DNA of 64,000 bases, from sequence record PV805638.1; one strand, 5' to 3'. The stretch is from a phage. Below are positions 48,874-60,167 of this stretch, piece after piece. A program made the translations under genes and the position numbers. The notes below the pieces were generated by a model. That model was not told the DNA's origin. It searched no databases and saw nothing but the letters and a program-made list of their open reading frames with translations. Numbering within the stretch: position 1 is the first letter of the stretch; every line of letters starts with the position of its first letter.

Positions 48874-51517
48874 GGTCAGTATTAAGAGTCATATCAGAGT
48901 AGCTGCCAACCATGTTTAAAGACATGTCAGCTATATCCGAACCAGTCATAAGAGTACGTGAGAGGAAAGAATCCAACGACTCCATTGACACAAATTGCAT
49001 AGGGTCAATTACACCCTGCCCAGCAGTACCAAACATTTCTTCATACTGCTTATTGATTGCCATCATATCAGTATTGTACTGCTGCATTACATTCTCTGCT
49101 TTCTGAATAGTAGCAGCCGTAGATGCATTAATATACTGGCTAATGCCGTTACCTACTGAACTGGTAAGCTGCATGATGTTCTGAGCATTCATCATTTCAC
49201 TGGCTAAAGTAGATAAGGATGTACCGGTAGACATAGCAGTACCAACGTTCATAGCCACCATTGAAGCAACAGCAGCAATGATAAATCCTAGCTTATCCCC
49301 AAACAGTGAAGTGGATACTTTAGTGACAATAGATATCATAATCATTGCAGCAATGGCGTTTGCTACAGCACCTACTATTACAGCAGCTAATCCAACAAAG
49401 CCAAGTGATGCACCAACTGCACCATATGCCCCAAGAATACCTGCACCACCTGCACTACCAGCACCCATAGTAAATACGGATATAACGACAGCAACTACAA
49501 CAACCACAATCTTAAAGGCAGAGGACTGATACCACTTTTTCTTAACCTTTTTATATGAGTTCATTACTAAGTAAGAGCAGGCAGTAGATAACTGAGTACT
49601 ACGAACCAGTGACATTGAGCGATAGATGTTGGTGTGCAGGGGAATAATGAATCCGCTTTCCTCTGCATCACCCATCGCCTCAGCAACATCAATATTTACT
49701 GACTTATTTTTATATACCTTGTTGCTATGATGAAGGCCCAATATCCTAAGTTTACGGTAGGTGTTATTACCATCCTGCCAAAGCAACTCATACTCCTGCA
49801 TAGAATAAAATGTAGGGGTAACTTCTAGTTTTTTGCTAGCACCAGTACGCATGTTCTTACGGGTAAGAGTTATATCCCCTGCATATCTGGCTCGAAGCTG
49901 TCCCTGTTTAGCACCAGACCACGCTTTACCTGAGTGGGTAGTTTCAAATGCGTAGTTCCAACTAATAGTCATGTCATACTTATACTGCTTACTACTGTGT
50001 ACCCTAAACTCCCGCTTAGGTATAACAGGGTATTCTGGCAGAGGTGGAGGTGTTCCAACAGTTTGACCTTCATGCCTGTCCCACCATTCCTCATATGCAT
50101 CGACTGCATCATTTGCTGCCTGATAACCTGCAATCACTGATTCTAATGTAGGGTAGGTTGGGTCAGGTGGGAATGCTTCAGTAGCCATCTGAAAGAAACG
50201 GTAGATGTATTCCTTAGCAGTATCTTCTGGAGTATTAAGAGATACACCGAATGTGCCATAGATGTATTGAATATCGCCTATGTCACCATTCTTCTTAAGC
50301 TCAGTCACTACTTTATCTAGCTTACCACCAGTAGCTTTATAGAGTGCCTTCTTACAGTATGGGTAGATTGGGTCATACTCTACCCATTGTTTATCATTCC
50401 TGATTGGGATGAATGGATAGAATCGGTTATCGGTAGCTTCGGTCTTAAACAGAGAATCGAGTGCAACGTTACCGGAGTTCTGCTTATAGATAAGCATCTT
50501 AGGTGTACCAACAGCAGTCATCTCAGTATCGGTACGAGTAGTCTGGGATGAGTACTTACGAACCAGTGTCTCTGTGGTTGTGGTTATTGTATCTGTGCGA
50601 GTAACACCACCACCTAAATCAACAACATTGGTAATTACAGTAGTACTGGATTGAACCTCACCAAACTTTCTATGAGTCATCACTCTGTCAGATACAACTA
50701 CAGTTACATCATCAGGTTTCTCAGTGTATCCTCTACGGTAAACCTTAACGTAAGAGTTCCAGTTATCCACACTTGATTCAGTAACAGTACTATCCTCATC
50801 CGGTCTACCATCAGAGTAAACAGAATGAGTCTGTACAGTCTTAGTAAGATTAGTTGTGTTAGCTGTAGTATCACTAGAGATTGTGGTCCACAGCAAGGTT
50901 GATGGTAAATCACCCTCATTGCTGTAGACAGTAGTTGGTCCTACTACCGGTGGATTGGTAGCCGGGGACTTATAGAACGTGTAATCAGCATAGAGATACA
51001 AAGCACCTGGTTCAAAGTTAGTAGGTGTGAATGTAATGGGGGAACCTCCATCTAAGGAGGTCATAGTGATTACATTAGTATCTTCATCAATGTCTACGTC
51101 GAATCGTTCCATGATTCGACTTGGGGCATTATCATAAAGATACTGATCACACCATTGCTCAAAGTCAGCAAAGCCAATCTCTGCTGCCTGAACATAGACA
51201 GATTCTCCAGCAGGTGGGGTAATTTGACCCTCTATAACAGTAGGGTCAATCTTAGCCAGTACACCTAACGAAGAACCCGCCATACCAACTTCTGAATCAT
51301 AGTGGTTCTTACTCCAGCTAGAGAACAGTCGCATACGTATACCAGGCCCCTTCAGATAACTATCAGAGATAGTGTCTGCCATAGTGAATCCTGTATCAGC
51401 AACAATCTTACCGATGACTACAGTCTTCATATAGTTTGGACGTTTGTGTATATCCCCTGCCATGTTATAGACAGAGGATGCTACGTATACTTTGGTCTTA
51501 CTACTGAATAAGCCCAT
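48866..51517 (-). CDS. large virion protein with C-terminal hydrophobic/Gly-Ala-rich segments
   Basis: 883 aa; VVVVVAVVISVFTMGAGSAGGAGILGAYGAVGASLGFVGLAAVIVGAVANAIAAMIMISIV membrane-like region. Confidence 0.55.
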   Translation of the reverse strand: MGLFSSKTKVYVASSVYNMAGDIHKRPNYMKTVVIGKIVADTGFTMADTISDSYLKGPGIRMRLFSSWSKNHYDSEVGMAGSSLGVLAKIDPTVIEGQITPPAGESVYVQAAEIGFADFEQWCDQYLYDNAPSRIMERFDVDIDEDTNVITMTSLDGGSPITFTPTNFEPGALYLYADYTFYKSPATNPPVVGPTTVYSNEGDLPSTLLWTTISSDTTANTTNLTKTVQTHSVYSDGRPDEDSTVTESSVDNWNSYVKVYRRGYTEKPDDVTVVVSDRVMTHRKFGEVQSSTTVITNVVDLGGGVTRTDTITTTTETLVRKYSSQTTRTDTEMTAVGTPKMLIYKQNSGNVALDSLFKTEATDNRFYPFIPIRNDKQWVEYDPIYPYCKKALYKATGGKLDKVVTELKKNGDIGDIQYIYGTFGVSLNTPEDTAKEYIYRFFQMATEAFPPDPTYPTLESVIAGYQAANDAVDAYEEWWDRHEGQTVGTPPPLPEYPVIPKREFRVHSSKQYKYDMTISWNYAFETTHSGKAWSGAKQGQLRARYAGDITLTRKNMRTGASKKLEVTPTFYSMQEYELLWQDGNNTYRKLRILGLHHSNKVYKNKSVNIDVAEAMGDAEESGFIIPLHTNIYRSMSLVRSTQLSTACSYLVMNSYKKVKKKWYQSSAFKIVVVVVAVVISVFTMGAGSAGGAGILGAYGAVGASLGFVGLAAVIVGAVANAIAAMIMISIVTKVSTSLFGDKLGFIIAAVASMVAMNVGTAMSTGTSLSTLASEMMNAQNIMQLTSSVGNGISQYINASTAATIQKAENVMQQYNTDMMAINKQYEEMFGTAGQGVIDPMQFVSMESLDSFLSRTLMTGSDIADMSLNMVGSYSDMTLNTDLV

Positions 51518-51518
51518 A

Positions 51519-52361
51519 TTAATTCAGCCCGTTGTTAGACTTCAGCTTGGACAAAATGGTATCAATACTTGCGTTAGTGAATCCATTAGGTGGGTTCAAG
51601 CCTTCATCAATAGTCTTCTGTGTAATCCATGCATCAGTAAACAACTTAGATGCTTTAACTTCTGCATCACGTTGGTAAGAAGTAATCTGTTGAGAGTACA
51701 ACTCTTTCTGCTTACCTACGGAACCAGTAACAGTAGCCCCATCACTTCGGGTATCAAGTGTTTGTGCACGCTGTGCCTCAGTCTGCTCAGTAATTAGTTT
51801 AAGCTGTTGAGGTAACATCTGATCAGCATTAAACAATGCAGCACAGTATGTCTCAGACTCAGTAGCAATTTTCATCTTAGTGAGGGCATATTCACTCTTA
51901 GCAGACAGTGCCTGAATCTTAGCCAGTACAAACTGTGCCTTAGAGGATGCCAATTGAACACGTGCAGTAACTGCCTGAATCTGTGCCATAGCAGCAGCCC
52001 AGTATGCCTGGTCACGACCAAGTAAGAACTGAACAGCATTACTCATGCATGATTCCATCATGGCAATATATGCCTTGGTGTATTCACCACCGGTAATACG
52101 GTTAGCTTTAAACTCAGCTTTAAGATGGTTGTGTGCGGATTCCATTAATGCATCAAACGTACCACTACCACCTACTTCACGGGTAGTAAGTGATTCGTTA
52201 GTTATTTTGCTAATATCACCAAAGATGGGAGAGTCATCCCCACCAGGGATATCCCATTCGGGACCAGACATATCAATATCAGGGAGGGTAAAGTCATCAC
52301 CCTTAGTTAACTCTTCTAGGAGTCGGTTAGCTTCTACCTCAGCAGAACAAGACATAATCAT
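51519..52361 (-). CDS. virion structural protein
   Basis: 280 aa, coiled-coil-like Ala/Gln-rich middle. Confidence 0.5.
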   Translation of the reverse strand: MIMSCSAEVEANRLLEELTKGDDFTLPDIDMSGPEWDIPGGDDSPIFGDISKITNESLTTREVGGSGTFDALMESAHNHLKAEFKANRITGGEYTKAYIAMMESCMSNAVQFLLGRDQAYWAAAMAQIQAVTARVQLASSKAQFVLAKIQALSAKSEYALTKMKIATESETYCAALFNADQMLPQQLKLITEQTEAQRAQTLDTRSDGATVTGSVGKQKELYSQQITSYQRDAEVKASKLFTDAWITQKTIDEGLNPPNGFTNASIDTILSKLKSNNGLN

Positions 52362-52431
52362 TCCTCTCGGTTCAAAAAGAAACGGCCCACGGAGTTACCC
52401 CAGTGAGCCGTGTTGAACTGTAGCTTATACG

Positions 52432-53073
52432 TTAATCGTTCAGGCTACCAGCAGCAATCTGTGCTTGAGCCAGTTGAGCCAATTCTGCTTCAGTCAGCGG
52501 AGGCAATACTTCAATGGAGAACTCACGTGCTTCTGTTGCACGGATATCTGGTAAGCCATTCTTACCTTTACGAGTCGTAATGTTGATGAACTTACGCTCT
52601 TTAAGGAACTCGTAGATACAGTACGGAATATGATAACCATTGTCGGTAACTTCACCGAATGGAACAAACTTACGCACAGTACCCATATATTCGTTAGCTA
52701 CGGTGATAATCTCACCCGGCAGGTCTTTCTTCTTAGGATCAAGGTTCTGGATACGTACACGAATCAGTCGAGTCTGTTCTGCACGAATCTTCTGACCCAG
52801 GGTCATCTTCTTAACACCAGCTTCTTGTTTTTCACCCAAAGGATTAACAGCAGCTTCTTTTACTTCTGGTTCATCTTTTGCTTGTGCAGCTTCAATCTTC
52901 TCACGGAGTTTCTCAACGGAGATGTTGTTAGAGAACTTAATATTCATCAACGTTGCACGTTGCTTAAGAACTTCAAGTTCGCTAGGCATTGCAATATCGT
53001 TAACGGTATCTTCGTTGCCCTGTACGTCCAGTTCTACGCCAGTGGTCGGTTTATCGTTAATGCTCATGTTCAT
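52432..53073 (-). CDS. head-associated protein
   Basis: 213 aa, immediately downstream of major capsid gene. Confidence 0.5.
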   Translation of the reverse strand: MNMSINDKPTTGVELDVQGNEDTVNDIAMPSELEVLKQRATLMNIKFSNNISVEKLREKIEAAQAKDEPEVKEAAVNPLGEKQEAGVKKMTLGQKIRAEQTRLIRVRIQNLDPKKKDLPGEIITVANEYMGTVRKFVPFGEVTDNGYHIPYCIYEFLKERKFINITTRKGKNGLPDIRATEAREFSIEVLPPLTEAELAQLAQAQIAAGSLND

Positions 53074-53102
53074 ATTTCCTGTGGTTCAACTAGTTTTATT
53101 AA

Positions 53103-53129
53103 GAGGGGGACACTAGTCCCCCTTATTTT
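53103..53129 (+). terminator. terminator-like hairpin with T-tract on the + side, downstream of the major capsid gene
   Basis: 7-bp stem GGGGGAC/GTCCCCC, 4-nt loop, followed on + strand by TTATTTTATTT; orientation opposite to the surrounding genes. Confidence 0.4.
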
Positions 53130-53140
53130 ATTTAGGACTA

Positions 53141-54343
53141 TTACAGAGGAGCAACAGTCTTAATCAGAGCCAGACGTTCTGGGCGTTTAACCAGGATACC
53201 GTAGTACCACTTGATGGAACTGAAGCCAGTCTCACCATACGGATCATTACGGTCAGCAGTTTCACGACCAGGCATCTTAGTCATGATGGAGAACTTAACA
53301 GACTTACCATCAGTCTGGAAGCCAATGGTAGAGAAGGAGTCATCACCAACTACCAGCATCGGGAATACGTCGTAGTGTTCCTGACCACTAACCATAGATG
53401 AACGGTAACCAGGGTTAGTAGAGACTTGAGCACCAGCACCTGCCCAATGCAGCATCTCAGGAACCTGGATAATACGGAACTTGTCGATACAACCAATCTC
53501 ACCATTCATCAGAGTACCAGCATCAGCATAGTGCTGAACCTCGACAAATGCTTTGTTACCGAACAGGTCTTTCATCGCTTTCAGTTCTGGAACCAGTTCA
53601 GAACCAACGTACATTACACGAGTACCACCAAGTACTTTGGTATCAGTAAGTTTAGAACCAGTGATGATAGTAGTCTGGGTCGGAGTACGGTTCTCAGTAA
53701 GAATCTGGTCAAGACGCATCAGGTTCTTATAAGAAACTACAGACGGGGTAAGACCTTCACCAGTGATGGTAGCATCAGAGGTAGCAGCACCTGCATACAG
53801 TACAGTACCAGCAGCAGCCAACAGGTCTTTCTGGAGAACAGCTTCAGTCAGCTGTACAGCACCGTTCATCAGTTCACGAGACAGGTGTTCTTTCAGTTGG
53901 TCATCAGAATCAAAGTCCAGGGACTCTTGGGTAAATTCATAGAAGAAACCGAACTTATGAATGGAACCTTCACGGGACAGACGAGTAAAGCCTACACGGT
54001 TAACACGACCACCGTTCTCTGTCAGCAGAGGCAGTTTAGAAGTGATGTTACCAACGTCTCGGGAAGAACCATACAGGTTACCATTAACGATGGTAGCACC
54101 ATTAGCATCAATACCCTGGTCGTTGATGTTCTTATCGTCAAGCAGTGGAACGTATTCGTACACCTTAACAGTCTTACCGTAGTTCTTCGGCATGTTAATG
54201 GTGTTAGCCAGTGGCATGAAGTACTGGTCTTTACGGGACTGAATAATAGCTTTCTTCAGCCAGTAATAGGTATTCATCTGGTCGGAACCAGAACCATCAA
54301 TGCTAGATTTCTGGCCGTCAATTGGGGCGTTATAGTTTAACAT
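53141..54343 (-). CDS. major capsid protein (N4 gp56-like)
   Basis: 400 aa; size and position match N4 MCP as I recall it; shadow ORF on opposite strand. Confidence 0.75.
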   Translation of the reverse strand: MLNYNAPIDGQKSSIDGSGSDQMNTYYWLKKAIIQSRKDQYFMPLANTINMPKNYGKTVKVYEYVPLLDDKNINDQGIDANGATIVNGNLYGSSRDVGNITSKLPLLTENGGRVNRVGFTRLSREGSIHKFGFFYEFTQESLDFDSDDQLKEHLSRELMNGAVQLTEAVLQKDLLAAAGTVLYAGAATSDATITGEGLTPSVVSYKNLMRLDQILTENRTPTQTTIITGSKLTDTKVLGGTRVMYVGSELVPELKAMKDLFGNKAFVEVQHYADAGTLMNGEIGCIDKFRIIQVPEMLHWAGAGAQVSTNPGYRSSMVSGQEHYDVFPMLVVGDDSFSTIGFQTDGKSVKFSIMTKMPGRETADRNDPYGETGFSSIKWYYGILVKRPERLALIKTVAPL

Positions 54344-54359
54344 ATCATCTTATTCCTGT

Positions 54360-55580
54360 TTAAAGACTACCCGGTACTGGGAGTTTAGCGAAATCTTCAT
54401 CACTCATAGCGAGTGGGTTTACAATAGGTGTTGCTTTACGTGTAGCAGCCCGATTAAGGGAAGCTGCTTTAGCTTGCTCACTGTTAGCCAGAGTCTGCTT
54501 AGGTTGTGCTACACGCACTACCGGCTGAACCACTGGTTTAACTGCTTGTACCGGTTCTGGCTTAGCCACTCGGTTAAATGCCCCTTGTTGTGCAAGGAGG
54601 TTACCGACGTGGTTATAAGCCTGAATGAACGGAGTACCTACCGGAATCTGGCCTAACATCTGAAGACGGTTCACTTCGTTTGCAATGGTGTCATAAATGC
54701 CATTCTCACGTTGTTCGTGAATAGTCTGAAGTAGGCCACGATTCTGGTAAAGAGCTTCTTTACTGGCAGCATCCCATGTCGAGCCGATAACACCTAATGT
54801 AGCTTGTCCTTCTTGAGTAGACTTTAAGTCGTCAATTTCGGTTGCAAAATCTGCTTCGGTGTCGGTAACACGGTGATTGCCACCCTGGTAGTTAATTTCT
54901 TCATCTGGATTAAAGTCCAGAGGATCTGTACCAGAGTCTTTGAGCAACTTCTTAATGGCTTCAGGATTCTTTTTATCCAGGTCAATAAGGAAAGAAAGTT
55001 TATCCTCATCCATCAAACCGTTGTTCTGTAACATCAGCATTACCTTACGGTAAGGCTTTAGTTCTTGCATCTTACGAGTATAGTTAGCACCCATCTGCAT
55101 CAGGCTAATGGCCTCCTCCGGTGAACGGGGAGTAATCACTTTGCCGTTAGCTTTAAAAGGAGCCATCAACTTCTCGTAACCTTCTTTATAGTTGAAGTCA
55201 GCAGGCAGACCTTCAGACTGTTTGCCTTCTTCTTTCTGTTCCTGGCCTGGTTCAGTAGTAGAAGGTTCAGCTTTAGTAATCGGCTCGCCGTTACTATCAA
55301 CTTCTGTGTCAACAACTTTATCATCAACTTTATCAGAAGTTAAAGAATTTGCTGAATCTTCTTCGTCTGGTTCGGCTTCAGGGGAGGTTTCTTCAGTTGG
55401 TAGGTCTTCAACAGCAGGGGTGTCAACTTCTTCTTCAGGAGTCTGTACGCCGTTGGTTTCTGGGTTGTTCTGAGTGGAAGTATCTTCCTCAGCGATAATT
55501 GCTGGGGCTTCCATATTCAGAATCTCATCATCCGACATTGCGAGAATGTCGGAAGCTGTGGTTGCAGCTTCCGTAGTCAT
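54360..55580 (-). CDS. putative scaffolding protein (acidic N-terminus)
   Basis: 406 aa; Glu/Asp/Thr-rich N-terminal third; located between portal and MCP. Confidence 0.45.
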   Translation of the reverse strand: MTTEAATTASDILAMSDDEILNMEAPAIIAEEDTSTQNNPETNGVQTPEEEVDTPAVEDLPTEETSPEAEPDEEDSANSLTSDKVDDKVVDTEVDSNGEPITKAEPSTTEPGQEQKEEGKQSEGLPADFNYKEGYEKLMAPFKANGKVITPRSPEEAISLMQMGANYTRKMQELKPYRKVMLMLQNNGLMDEDKLSFLIDLDKKNPEAIKKLLKDSGTDPLDFNPDEEINYQGGNHRVTDTEADFATEIDDLKSTQEGQATLGVIGSTWDAASKEALYQNRGLLQTIHEQRENGIYDTIANEVNRLQMLGQIPVGTPFIQAYNHVGNLLAQQGAFNRVAKPEPVQAVKPVVQPVVRVAQPKQTLANSEQAKAASLNRAATRKATPIVNPLAMSDEDFAKLPVPGSL

Positions 55581-55599
55581 AGGAAATATCTCCGGTTAA

Positions 55600-55944
55600 T
55601 TATTCGTCTTCAGGTTCAGCACGAACTGCGTCGAGTTCTTCTTCTACCTGTAGAATAACGTCAGCTTCGTTTTCGCCCATACGAATGGCGAGGTCGAGCC
55701 AACGACGTAAGTGACCAGCAGCTTGAGCCATGTTCAATGCATCTGCACGGTTATTAGGTTCAAGCAGTGGGTCACCAGACTCTTGCACGTAACGTGCACA
55801 ATCTTCCGTACAGAACTGGCGAAGAATTACTTTACGGAACAATGGATTCTCTAGAAGTTTACGTACATCTTCTGCATGTGCAACTGCACCTTTAGCAGCT
55901 TCTAGTCGATGTTCCAGCCCAGCGATTGTTGATTCTTTACTCAT
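55600..55944 (-). CDS. hypothetical head protein
   Basis: 114 aa between portal and scaffold. Confidence 0.45.
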   Translation of the reverse strand: MSKESTIAGLEHRLEAAKGAVAHAEDVRKLLENPLFRKVILRQFCTEDCARYVQESGDPLLEPNNRADALNMAQAAGHLRRWLDLAIRMGENEADVILQVEEELDAVRAEPEDE

Positions 55945-55957
55945 GTGAAGGTCTGCC

Positions 55958-58228
55958 TTACAGGTTCATGCCAAGAGCCGATGCTGGGTCTTGGCTAGGG
56001 TCATAGTATTGGGAACTAAGTGAATAAGACGGGTCTTGCTGAGCAGCTAAATCCCGTTCTGGTATAGAGTTCACGTTAGTCAAAGTATTATATCCAACAG
56101 CTGCAGATATGTTGGGGGTAGTTTCCCCTTCTTTAATAGGTGTTGTCAATGCCTTAGTTATTTGAAGGTTCTGGTTTCCTTGGGATTGTGCTTTTTGTTT
56201 TTCCATATCACGAGCATGTTTAGTACCAGATTCCTGTTCCAGATAATCCAGGTCTTTAAGGTCACCACTAGAAGCAGCCTCTTTAGCTTTAGCCATATTG
56301 AGTGCAATCTTACTTTGCAACTCTTCATTCTCAAGCTGTGCTTTCTGAATTGCCAATTGCTTAAGCTGTTCTTCCATAGGGTCTGGTTGTGGTTGCCAAG
56401 TACGTAACTCATGAGCCAGGTCAGGCATACGTTTAAGCTCTGCAATCTTAGCTACGAGGGATAATGTAATAGTCTGGTCAACCGTATTACCCAATGTTTG
56501 AACCATGAAGCTCAAGTCCTGGGATTTCTGGTTATCAATTTCAGCAGTGTTAATATCAACCTCAATGTCGAAGTTACCTTTAAGATCTTCACGGTTAATC
56601 TCTACATACTGCTCGTTAGTAATACGTACTACTTCCTTCTCAGATAAGAACACAGCATTCATTGCACAAATCTTAGTACCAATGTCTGCCATACCCTTAG
56701 CTAATCGACGAAGGATTGCCATCTCACGCTTGGATGCTGCATCAAGTGCACCACGAATACCAGCAGCCACATCTCCGTATGCTGAACCAGTTACACCACC
56801 GGAGAATGCTTTAACACCAGTTAATGATTCAGCTTCCTGGTTTTGCATCTGGGTCATTATTATTGCCGACTGAGGTAACTCAGGGAACTTATGTTCCATA
56901 ATGGCTTGACTAGGATTACCCTGCATTGGGTTGTATTCATAGTCTTGCCCATCGTCATAACGACGTCGGTTTAGTGTATCCAACATCCCTTTAGGATAAC
57001 CACGCTGACCATTTGCACTTCGACCTAACAGGTCAATCATCCCACGCATAGTTGCACCAAGAATTGCTTGGTTATCCCCTAATAGTTCAGCATCAGCTTC
57101 ACCAAAGAGTTCACGTTTACGAGGCATGTAAGGAACAACTACTAAAGGTAATTTGCCGTCAGGGAATGGGTTCCTCTCCATACGAATAAGGGTAGAACCA
57201 ATCCAGGTAGCAACAATAGGTTCCAGAGAACCATCATCATTGATGTCGTAGAATCCCCAGTATTCATAAGCAACAACTTTCTTACGTAGTGCATCCTTAA
57301 ACTGAAAGTCACTAGGGGTTTTACTTTCATGGTCTGGGTCAGTCATTGGGCTAGAACTTTCCCAGTCAATCTTATCTAAATTGTGGTAACGGTCTTTGTT
57401 CTTCATGAGGTCTGCTTTGCATGTCTCAAATGAGATAACTGCATACAGAGCCTTATCCAAATCACCGTTACAGCTTGGGTCAATAACTACGTTATTGGGG
57501 TTAAGCATTTCAACGGTAGGTCTGTTAACCAGTGCCTTCTCTACCTCTACTTCAGTAACCCCTGTCTGGATTGCATACGTAGCTTCTCCAGTTTCATTGA
57601 AGTAGTTAACAGCTTCCTTAATATCTTCAGGCATTGTTTCATCATACTCACGAGGATTCTCTGCCTGAAGCTGTAAAGCCTGTTGAAGAACATCTGCCTG
57701 TTCTTGGTTCTCAATTGGATACAACTGGAAGACTGGTGTTTCTGTTTTAATCTTAACGGTCTTACGTTCCCAACCAATACGAGCAATACCAGTACCGTCA
57801 TCTACGACACTGTGTACGTAATCATCTACCAGTTTTACTTTATTAAGCTGTGTACGGAATTGGTAGTTAAGAACTAATTCATTCTGACGTGCAGCTAACT
57901 CATCTTCAAAAGTAACCGGGGTTACTTTAAAGAGTTTGTTAGATGAGAGGAATGGCTCGGATAATGGAGCATATCGCCACTCTGCCTGACGGCGAACCAG
58001 TCTGGGCTGGACTTGTGATCGTCCTTTAACCTTTGGGGGTTTAGCTTTACCTTTAACTTCCATCAGGTCATTCCACTCACGAATCTGTGCCATAATCGCA
58101 TCGTGAGCAGGTTTAGCTGATTCCAAATCACCCTTCAGTAATTGGATACTTGGTTCCTTCTTCCAGTCCGTTAACTTCTCTGATTGAGCCGGGTCTGGTA
58201 AAGGCTTAAAAGTGTCTTGGTGTTCCAT
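55958..58228 (-). CDS. portal protein (N4 gp59-like)
   Basis: 756 aa; size and order (portal-scaffold-MCP). Confidence 0.65.
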   Translation of the reverse strand: MEHQDTFKPLPDPAQSEKLTDWKKEPSIQLLKGDLESAKPAHDAIMAQIREWNDLMEVKGKAKPPKVKGRSQVQPRLVRRQAEWRYAPLSEPFLSSNKLFKVTPVTFEDELAARQNELVLNYQFRTQLNKVKLVDDYVHSVVDDGTGIARIGWERKTVKIKTETPVFQLYPIENQEQADVLQQALQLQAENPREYDETMPEDIKEAVNYFNETGEATYAIQTGVTEVEVEKALVNRPTVEMLNPNNVVIDPSCNGDLDKALYAVISFETCKADLMKNKDRYHNLDKIDWESSSPMTDPDHESKTPSDFQFKDALRKKVVAYEYWGFYDINDDGSLEPIVATWIGSTLIRMERNPFPDGKLPLVVVPYMPRKRELFGEADAELLGDNQAILGATMRGMIDLLGRSANGQRGYPKGMLDTLNRRRYDDGQDYEYNPMQGNPSQAIMEHKFPELPQSAIIMTQMQNQEAESLTGVKAFSGGVTGSAYGDVAAGIRGALDAASKREMAILRRLAKGMADIGTKICAMNAVFLSEKEVVRITNEQYVEINREDLKGNFDIEVDINTAEIDNQKSQDLSFMVQTLGNTVDQTITLSLVAKIAELKRMPDLAHELRTWQPQPDPMEEQLKQLAIQKAQLENEELQSKIALNMAKAKEAASSGDLKDLDYLEQESGTKHARDMEKQKAQSQGNQNLQITKALTTPIKEGETTPNISAAVGYNTLTNVNSIPERDLAAQQDPSYSLSSQYYDPSQDPASALGMNL

Positions 58229-58236
58229 AGTTAATC

Positions 58237-58737
58237 CTATTCAAAAAGTTTACGGTCAGCCTGAATTTGCTTACCCAACTCAATTAGTTGGTTGTCACGG
58301 AGTCTAACAGTTGCCCGGAGTTCTTCAACCAAACGTCTGCCTTCTTCAAGACTGTTGTCGAGTCTGGCTGCATGGCTTGCAAGACTTCTGCACTCAAGGG
58401 TTCCGGCTTCGGCTTGACGTTTATATACCGATGCTCGTCTTTCAGACTGTTGCATCCGGCTGTCGTAATCACTGCTAACGCGAGCAAGCTCGCTTGCGTA
58501 ATTACTCTCAGCCGTCTGCAACCGGGAAGTAAGTAACCCGACTTCATAACTATGGTTTCTTTGGAGAGCATTGTATTTGTCCTGTAGTTTTTGTGTTGCC
58601 TTCTGGTCTTCAACCTTTTGAGCATCCCATCTCTTTTGGACAGTAGACTGTCCATTGGAATTGCCCCAAAAGTAAATGGTGGCCCCGAGGACCACCACCA
58701 GAAGATAAGGCCAACCTTTAGAGATTAGCATCTTCAT
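58237..58737 (-). CDS. i-spanin (Rz-like; N-terminal TM, periplasmic coiled coil)
   Basis: N-terminal [18 protein letters not shown] then Gln/Arg/Glu-rich helical region; directly after endolysin; start taken at internal Met. Confidence 0.55.
   Translation of the reverse strand: MKMLISKGWPYLLVVVLGATIYFWGNSNGQSTVQKRWDAQKVEDQKATQKLQDKYNALQRNHSYEVGLLTSRLQTAESNYASELARVSSDYDSRMQQSERRASVYKRQAEAGTLECRSLASHAARLDNSLEEGRRLVEELRATVRLRDNQLIELGKQIQADRKLFE
58284..58547 (-). CDS. o-spanin (Rz1-like lipoprotein) embedded in i-spanin gene in another frame
   Basis: Lipobox-like [12 protein letters not shown] then Pro-rich periplasmic part; entirely inside the i-spanin ORF. Confidence 0.5.
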   Translation of the reverse strand: MKSGYLLPGCRRLRVITQASLLALAVITTAGCNSLKDEHRYINVKPKPEPLSAEVLQAMQPDSTTVLKKADVWLKNSGQLLDSVTTN

Positions 58738-59353
58738 TACATGCCTCCAGTGGTACATTACCGATTCGGTTAGCTACCCAACCATACGTAAAGTCTGGCA
58801 TGTTCAATGAGGTGTAGTGGTTCAATTGTTTAGCATCAAGCAACTTAATCATTACCTGACATGCTGCAACTTTGCCTCGTTTTTTCTGTAATGCTTTATA
58901 TGCATTAACAGTACCTGCACCGACTTTACCATCAACTTGTATTTTAGGGTAGTCTTTGCCATCACGGGACATTTCATTAAGGGATTGCTGCAACCACTTA
59001 GCTGGTCTGGTTACACCGGTATTAACACCAGCATCAACCAGTTTGTGTGTTACAGCAGGAGATATATCAGCGAAGGCTACGAAGTTAGGCTTAATAACGT
59101 AGTCATCAATGTATATCTCAGCAGCCATCTCTTTAGATAAACCCTTCATGGAACCATCCCAACCATACTCAGTAGCCAGAACTTCTTTATGAGACTTAGC
59201 TACTGAATGAGTAATACCATGATTAGTTTCCCCGCCTGGGTCACGAGGATTGTTTACGTATCCCCCTTCCATATAGAACACTGCCCCCAGAATAGCAGCG
59301 ATAACTCCTCCCACCGCACCCCCTTTTGCAGCAAGTTTCTGTTTAGCTTTCAT
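58718..59353 (-). CDS. endolysin, GH108 N-acetylmuramidase with N-terminal signal-anchor and C-terminal PG-binding region
   Basis: EGGYVNNPRDPGGETNHGIT matches GH108 signature; N-terminal Gly/Ala-rich hydrophobic GGAVGGVIAAILGAVFY (SAR-like). Confidence 0.7.
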   Translation of the reverse strand: MKAKQKLAAKGGAVGGVIAAILGAVFYMEGGYVNNPRDPGGETNHGITHSVAKSHKEVLATEYGWDGSMKGLSKEMAAEIYIDDYVIKPNFVAFADISPAVTHKLVDAGVNTGVTRPAKWLQQSLNEMSRDGKDYPKIQVDGKVGAGTVNAYKALQKKRGKVAACQVMIKLLDAKQLNHYTSLNMPDFTYGWVANRIGNVPLEACNEDANL

Positions 59354-59603
59354 GAGAATCTTCCTTTGGATGGAATCGTATTAGTCTACCTACAATGTTT
59401 AAGGCAAATAGTGCGATTGTAATACTGGAACCATGTGGAATATCTTCAAGGATGTGACGTGGTAGTCCCGTCAGCATTGGTTGGATAATATCTACTGTAG
59501 AAAACAGAATTACTCCAAATGCACTAATCTGAACAGATGCCCACTTCCAGGACCTCTTCCAGTTAGGAACTAGCCCTATTTTTCTTTTTAGCTTGCGAAC
59601 CAT
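59343..59603 (-). CDS. putative holin (2 TM)
   Basis: Two hydrophobic helices; immediately upstream of endolysin; ORF-track version extends to 59669. Confidence 0.5.
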   Translation of the reverse strand: MVRKLKRKIGLVPNWKRSWKWASVQISAFGVILFSTVDIIQPMLTGLPRHILEDIPHGSSITIALFALNIVGRLIRFHPKEDSHES

Positions 59604-59920
59604 GCGAATATCTCCCGTCTTGCAGCAGCCAATACACCAATGATTGCACCTGCCCCAGCCCATACCCACTTGCCAAAAATTCCAGCACCTGCAACCTTAT
59701 GTTTAATGGTGATGAACTCTTCGATGGTAGGTTCAGACTTAGTGATGCTCTCCTCTACCCGTTTAAGTCGGGTACTAAGGTCACCCATAGACTCACTTAG
59801 TTTTTTAATAGACTCTTCCATTTTCTCCCTATCCCTCGATTCACGAGTTTGGTTTTCGAAAATGTTTCTTAGTCTCTCTTCGAGTCTGGCTAGAGTTACG
59901 TTATCTGGTTCATTTCCCAT
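59588..59920 (-). CDS. membrane protein with cytoplasmic coiled coil and C-terminal TM (holin/antiholin candidate)
   Basis: 110 aa; C-terminal GAGIFGKWVWAGAGAIIGVLAAA TM. Confidence 0.45.
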   Translation of the reverse strand: MGNEPDNVTLARLEERLRNIFENQTRESRDREKMEESIKKLSESMGDLSTRLKRVEESITKSEPTIEEFITIKHKVAGAGIFGKWVWAGAGAIIGVLAAARREIFAWFAS

Positions 59921-60167
59921 AGGGATTTTCTCAGGTTAGTTAAGTCGTAATTGACTAAAACAGTCTACCTAATGACTTGTTTTTGGTACAACAAAAACCC
60001 ACCCCCCGCAACCTAGTTGGGCTGGTTAAAGCCTGAAATATGGAACAGCAGTCACCAAAACAACAAAGACCATACTTAGGGTTGAGACAATCATATGGGT
60101 GGCTATATGCGTATAATATTTTTAGGGAGCAAGTGTATACTTGCTCCCCAGAGTTATCTCAGAGTCA

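Noticed and set aside
53426-54340. 304-aa + ORF antisense to the major capsid gene
   Set aside because: Shadow ORF of a highly biased coding region; Thr/Ser/Val-rich low-complexity translation
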